DNA of 1,343 nucleotides, from NCBI RefSeq assembly GCF_003334405.1, contig NZ_QOWM01000045.1; one strand, 5' to 3'. Both the position numbers and the translations under genes were made by a program. Under the pieces are notes generated by a model. The model was not told the origin of the DNA. It saw only the letters and a program-made list of their open reading frames with translations, and ran no database searches. Shown one piece after another: positions 1-1,343 of this stretch. This DNA is from Escherichia coli (GTDB lineage: Bacteria > Pseudomonadota > Gammaproteobacteria > Enterobacterales > Enterobacteriaceae). Numbering within the stretch: position 1 is the first letter of the stretch; each line of letters opens with the position of its first letter.

Positions 1-25
1 CCCATAAGCGCTAACTTAAGGGTTG
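1..25. repeat. Terminal inverted repeat at the transposase-distal end (IRR in element orientation)
   Basis: cccataagcgctaacttaagggttg at 1..25 is the exact reverse complement of 1319..1343. Identity stops at position 26 (a, versus t expected from the partner). It contains two 6-bp palindromes, AGCGCT (7..12) and CTTAAG (15..20). The outermost C residues may belong to the target rather than the element. Confidence 0.9.
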
Positions 26-32
26 AACCATC

Positions 33-84
33 TGAAGAATGCGACGCCTCGGTGCCTCGTTAAGACGATGCCTCGCGTTCTTCA
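33..84. other. Imperfect inverted repeat / potential stem-loop (12-bp arms, 28-nt loop) in the subterminal noncoding region
   Basis: tgaagaatgcga (33..44) pairs with tcgcgttcttca (73..84). The single non-Watson-Crick position (40/77) is a G-U wobble in plus-strand RNA and an A-C mismatch in minus-strand (transposase mRNA) RNA. No U-tract follows it on the minus strand, so it is not a classical intrinsic terminator. My rough estimate is that a match of this quality is only marginally unexpected by chance in a window this size. Confidence 0.3.
42..75. repeat. Three copies of a 10-nt motif CGNNGCCTCG in the noncoding tail between the transposase stop and the IR
   Basis: The copies are cgacgcctcg (42..51), cggtgcctcg (50..59) and cgatgcctcg (66..75). 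Eight of 10 positions are invariant, and the first two copies overlap by 2 nt. I did not find the core motif (GCCTCG or its complement CGAGGC) at the other end or elsewhere in the element by eye. Confidence 0.5.
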
Positions 85-173
85 ATTGCGTTTTGTAGGC
101 TGTCAGGGATACTGTCCCACGAATGGCCACCTGTAAGCTCCAGATGACCATTTTTGTTATTCTCCACAACGAG

Positions 174-1286
174 TTAGTTCTTCTTTTCGGATCCGGCACT
201 TCTGGGGGGGAAATCCAGCGATGGCTGGATTATGTCGTCAATTAAAAATGCGGCGAGTAGATTAGCAAATATCCACGCTTTCGCGAGTTCAGGTTCCTTT
301 GCACGCAAAGCATCCAGGTGCAGCAAACTTTTGAGCCGCTTAAAAGCCAGTTCAATTTGCCATCGCAGACGGTAACAATCAGCCACTTGCTCTGCTGAAT
401 ATTCATCTTCCGGTAATGATGTTAGCAATAGCACATGGCCCGCTGCTTCCAGCGTTTCCGCCTGAACTACTCGTCCTTTTCGACGATTCTCGCTGAGCAG
501 TCGGGTTTTACTGATTAATGCTTTTTCGGGAGGAAGTGATACGGCAATGAGACGTGCCGGAAAGGGAGCTCCGGCTTTTTTATTACCTGAATTGCCTATC
601 ATTACAGTGGTTTCACCGTTCTTACCGCAATCCAGCCCGCGCAGAAAACCCATCATGTCAAAGCGCATTCCTTCTGCAGTTAACCAGCGCAATCCTCGCC
701 AGTGAACCCGGACGATATAATCAGCTTCTCCAAAAGCAAGTGAGCGGATACATTCGGGACGCGAACCGAATCCCCGGTCAGCAATGCGTATCTCGTCTGC
801 CGTTTGCGCAAATCGGTCCAGCCGTTCAGCGTCTCTGCTGTCGGTTAGCTCAAAATCAGTGAACTGACAGGTATGAGGATCATATCCCATATGTAGTCGC
901 CATTCAGCGCTGCCGCCCCCGGGCGCACTGATTGCTGTTCCATCGACAAGACGCAATCTCTTTCCGCTTGTACAACCCGTAACTGCGGCGCGTACAGCAA
1001 GTGTTTGTGCGGCAAGTATGCCAAACCAGTCGGCGGCATTCCGCAGCCGCTTCAGGAGAGCCACGTCAGATAATGTTGCAACGTCATGGAGCTGAGCCCA
1101 TGCAGTGACTTCACGTAATGACATCCCCCCGGGGCCGTAAGCCAGCCCCAGACGTAGCAGAGTTGCAGCATCACGAATTTCGCGGCGGCGGGTTAGAGCC
1201 CCGGCATTACGTGCCGAAGTATCCAGTTCTTCGGGCTTACCAATATGGGCCAGAATTGCTGACCAGTTATCGTGAGAGTAATTCAT
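174..1286 (-). CDS. insL: IS186 transposase InsL (IS4-family DDE transposase), 370 aa, apparently intact
   Basis: The ORF runs from ATG (1284..1286, minus strand) to TAA (174..176). The ORF track begins 2 codons earlier at a GTG (1290..1292), but the recognised InsL protein starts MNYSHDNW, so I chose the ATG. The catalytic residues are all readable. D115 is in LVDGT (codon 942..944, gat). D170 is in IADRGF (codon 777..779, gac). E312 (codon 351..353, gaa) lies within Y305-R308-E312-K319, a perfect YREK motif (YRLRWQIELAFKRLK, 330..374). There are no internal stops or frameshifts. Confidence 0.93.
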   Translation of the reverse strand: MNYSHDNWSAILAHIGKPEELDTSARNAGALTRRREIRDAATLLRLGLAYGPGGMSLREVTAWAQLHDVATLSDVALLKRLRNAADWFGILAAQTLAVRAAVTGCTSGKRLRLVDGTAISAPGGGSAEWRLHMGYDPHTCQFTDFELTDSRDAERLDRFAQTADEIRIADRGFGSRPECIRSLAFGEADYIVRVHWRGLRWLTAEGMRFDMMGFLRGLDCGKNGETTVMIGNSGNKKAGAPFPARLIAVSLPPEKALISKTRLLSENRRKGRVVQAETLEAAGHVLLLTSLPEDEYSAEQVADCYRLRWQIELAFKRLKSLLHLDALRAKEPELAKAWIFANLLAAFLIDDIIQPSLDFPPRSAGSEKKN

Positions 1287-1292
1287 CGGCAC

Positions 1293-1321
1293 GTTAAATC
1301 ATATCAGGCGTAATACCACAA
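1293..1321 (-). promoter_or_regulatory. Candidate transposase promoter partly overlapping the IR (-35 TTGTGG, 17-nt spacer, -10 TTTAAC)
   Basis: The minus strand reads ...GGGTTGTGGTATTACGCCTGATATGATTTAACGTGCCGATG. TTGTGG is at 1316..1321 and TTTAAC at 1293..1298, with a 17-nt spacer. An overlapping TATGAT (1298..1303) is a better -10 hexamer but has no -35 at suitable spacing. Both hexamers are only partial matches to consensus, and this is pattern matching only. Confidence 0.25.
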
Positions 1322-1343
1322 CCCTTAAGTTAGCGCTTATGGG
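1319..1343. repeat. Terminal inverted repeat at the transposase-proximal end (IRL in element orientation)
   Basis: caacccttaagttagcgcttatggg is the exact reverse complement of 1..25. It lies 33 nt upstream (minus strand) of the transposase ATG. Confidence 0.9.

Larger units (their letters stand above)
1..1343 (-). mobile_element. IS186: Complete IS186 insertion sequence (IS4 family), oriented with the transposase on the minus strand
   Basis: Perfect 25-bp terminal inverted repeats lie exactly at both window ends. A single long ORF fills most of the element, and its product I recognise as the IS186 InsL transposase. The roughly 1.34 kb length fits IS186. Identification is by recall of the protein and IR sequence (CATAAGCGCTAACTTAAGGGTTG), not by a database search. 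Confidence 0.93.

Noticed and set aside
79-92. An IHF-like site (WATCAANNNNTTR) near cttcaattgcgttt, and another near tatcaggcgtaat at 1302..1314
   Set aside because: Both deviate from the consensus at core positions (CTTCAA rather than WATCAA, and no correctly spaced TTR), so neither is supportable by eye.
164-170. A 7-nt direct repeat ccacaac at 164..170 and 1316..1322, next to the stop codon and next to the IR
   Set aside because: Many 7-mer coincidences are expected by chance in 1.3 kb, so it is not significant.
190-193. GATC (Dam) sites at 190..193 and 878..881 as possible methylation control of transposition, as in IS10 and IS50
   Set aside because: Neither site lies in the IRs or in the candidate promoter region (1293..1321). 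Both are internal to the CDS, so there is no positional support for Dam regulation.
11-199. A 62-aa ORF on the minus strand treated as an independent gene downstream of insL
   Set aside because: Its start is a GTG (197..199) overlapping the end of insL, with no Shine-Dalgarno sequence, and its product is basic and unrecognisable. As a stand-alone gene it is unsupported. The only noteworthy aspect is that the frame is contiguous with the C7 run, which is reported separately as a low-prior finding.
554-862. A 102-aa ORF on the plus strand, fully antisense to the transposase gene
   Set aside because: It starts at a GTG with no evident ribosome-binding site and has a low-complexity, unrecognisable product. 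It lies entirely inside a well-supported CDS on the other strand. Long antisense ORFs are a common by-product of codon structure in moderately GC-rich genes. No independent evidence supports it.
845-1039. A 64-aa ORF on the minus strand, overlapping insL in a different frame
   Set aside because: It is nested out of frame within the transposase CDS and has no recognisable domain or start context, so it is most likely spurious.
1125-1134. The CCCCCCGGGG tract here and CCCCCGGG at 916..923 as possible internal IS186 target sites or an internal Shine-Dalgarno sequence for a truncated protein starting at Met55
   Set aside because: On both strands the polarity is C-run then G-run with no spacer, which is the opposite of the reported target form of G-run, spacer, C-run. 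The G-run abuts the Met55 ATG with essentially no spacing, which is unfavourable for initiation. The tracts are simply explained as the Gly/Pro codons GPGG and APGGG.
1290-1292. The GTG two codons upstream of the ATG as the true transposase start (the 372-aa version in the ORF track)
   Set aside because: The InsL protein I recognise begins MNYSHDNW (370 aa). Neither start has a Shine-Dalgarno sequence, so the sequence alone cannot discriminate. ATG is kept as the call and the ambiguity is noted.

Overview
The whole window is one complete copy of the Escherichia/Shigella insertion sequence IS186 (IS4 family). It runs from terminal inverted repeat to terminal inverted repeat, and its single transposase gene (insL, 370 aa) is on the minus strand. 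The first 25 nt (cccataagcgctaacttaagggttg) are the exact reverse complement of the last 25 nt. The 174..1286(-) ORF matches, from memory, the InsL transposase (MNYSHDNWSAILAHIGKPEEL...). It carries an intact IS4-type DDE triad (D115, D170, E312) and a perfect Y-x2-R-x3-E-x6-K signature. No flanking DNA is included, so target-site duplication and genomic context cannot be assessed. I see no evidence of a novel system: this is a well-known, apparently intact mobile element. The second-look items are all small-scale. They are the ambiguous outermost CC/GG of the repeats, a start codon with no Shine-Dalgarno sequence and a possible promoter that would give a near-leaderless mRNA, a C7 homopolymer near the 3' end of the gene followed by a +1 frame open all the way into the inverted repeat, and a cluster of three 10-nt motifs plus a stem-loop in the roughly 150-nt noncoding tail. 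These small-scale items are hypotheses from sequence inspection only.
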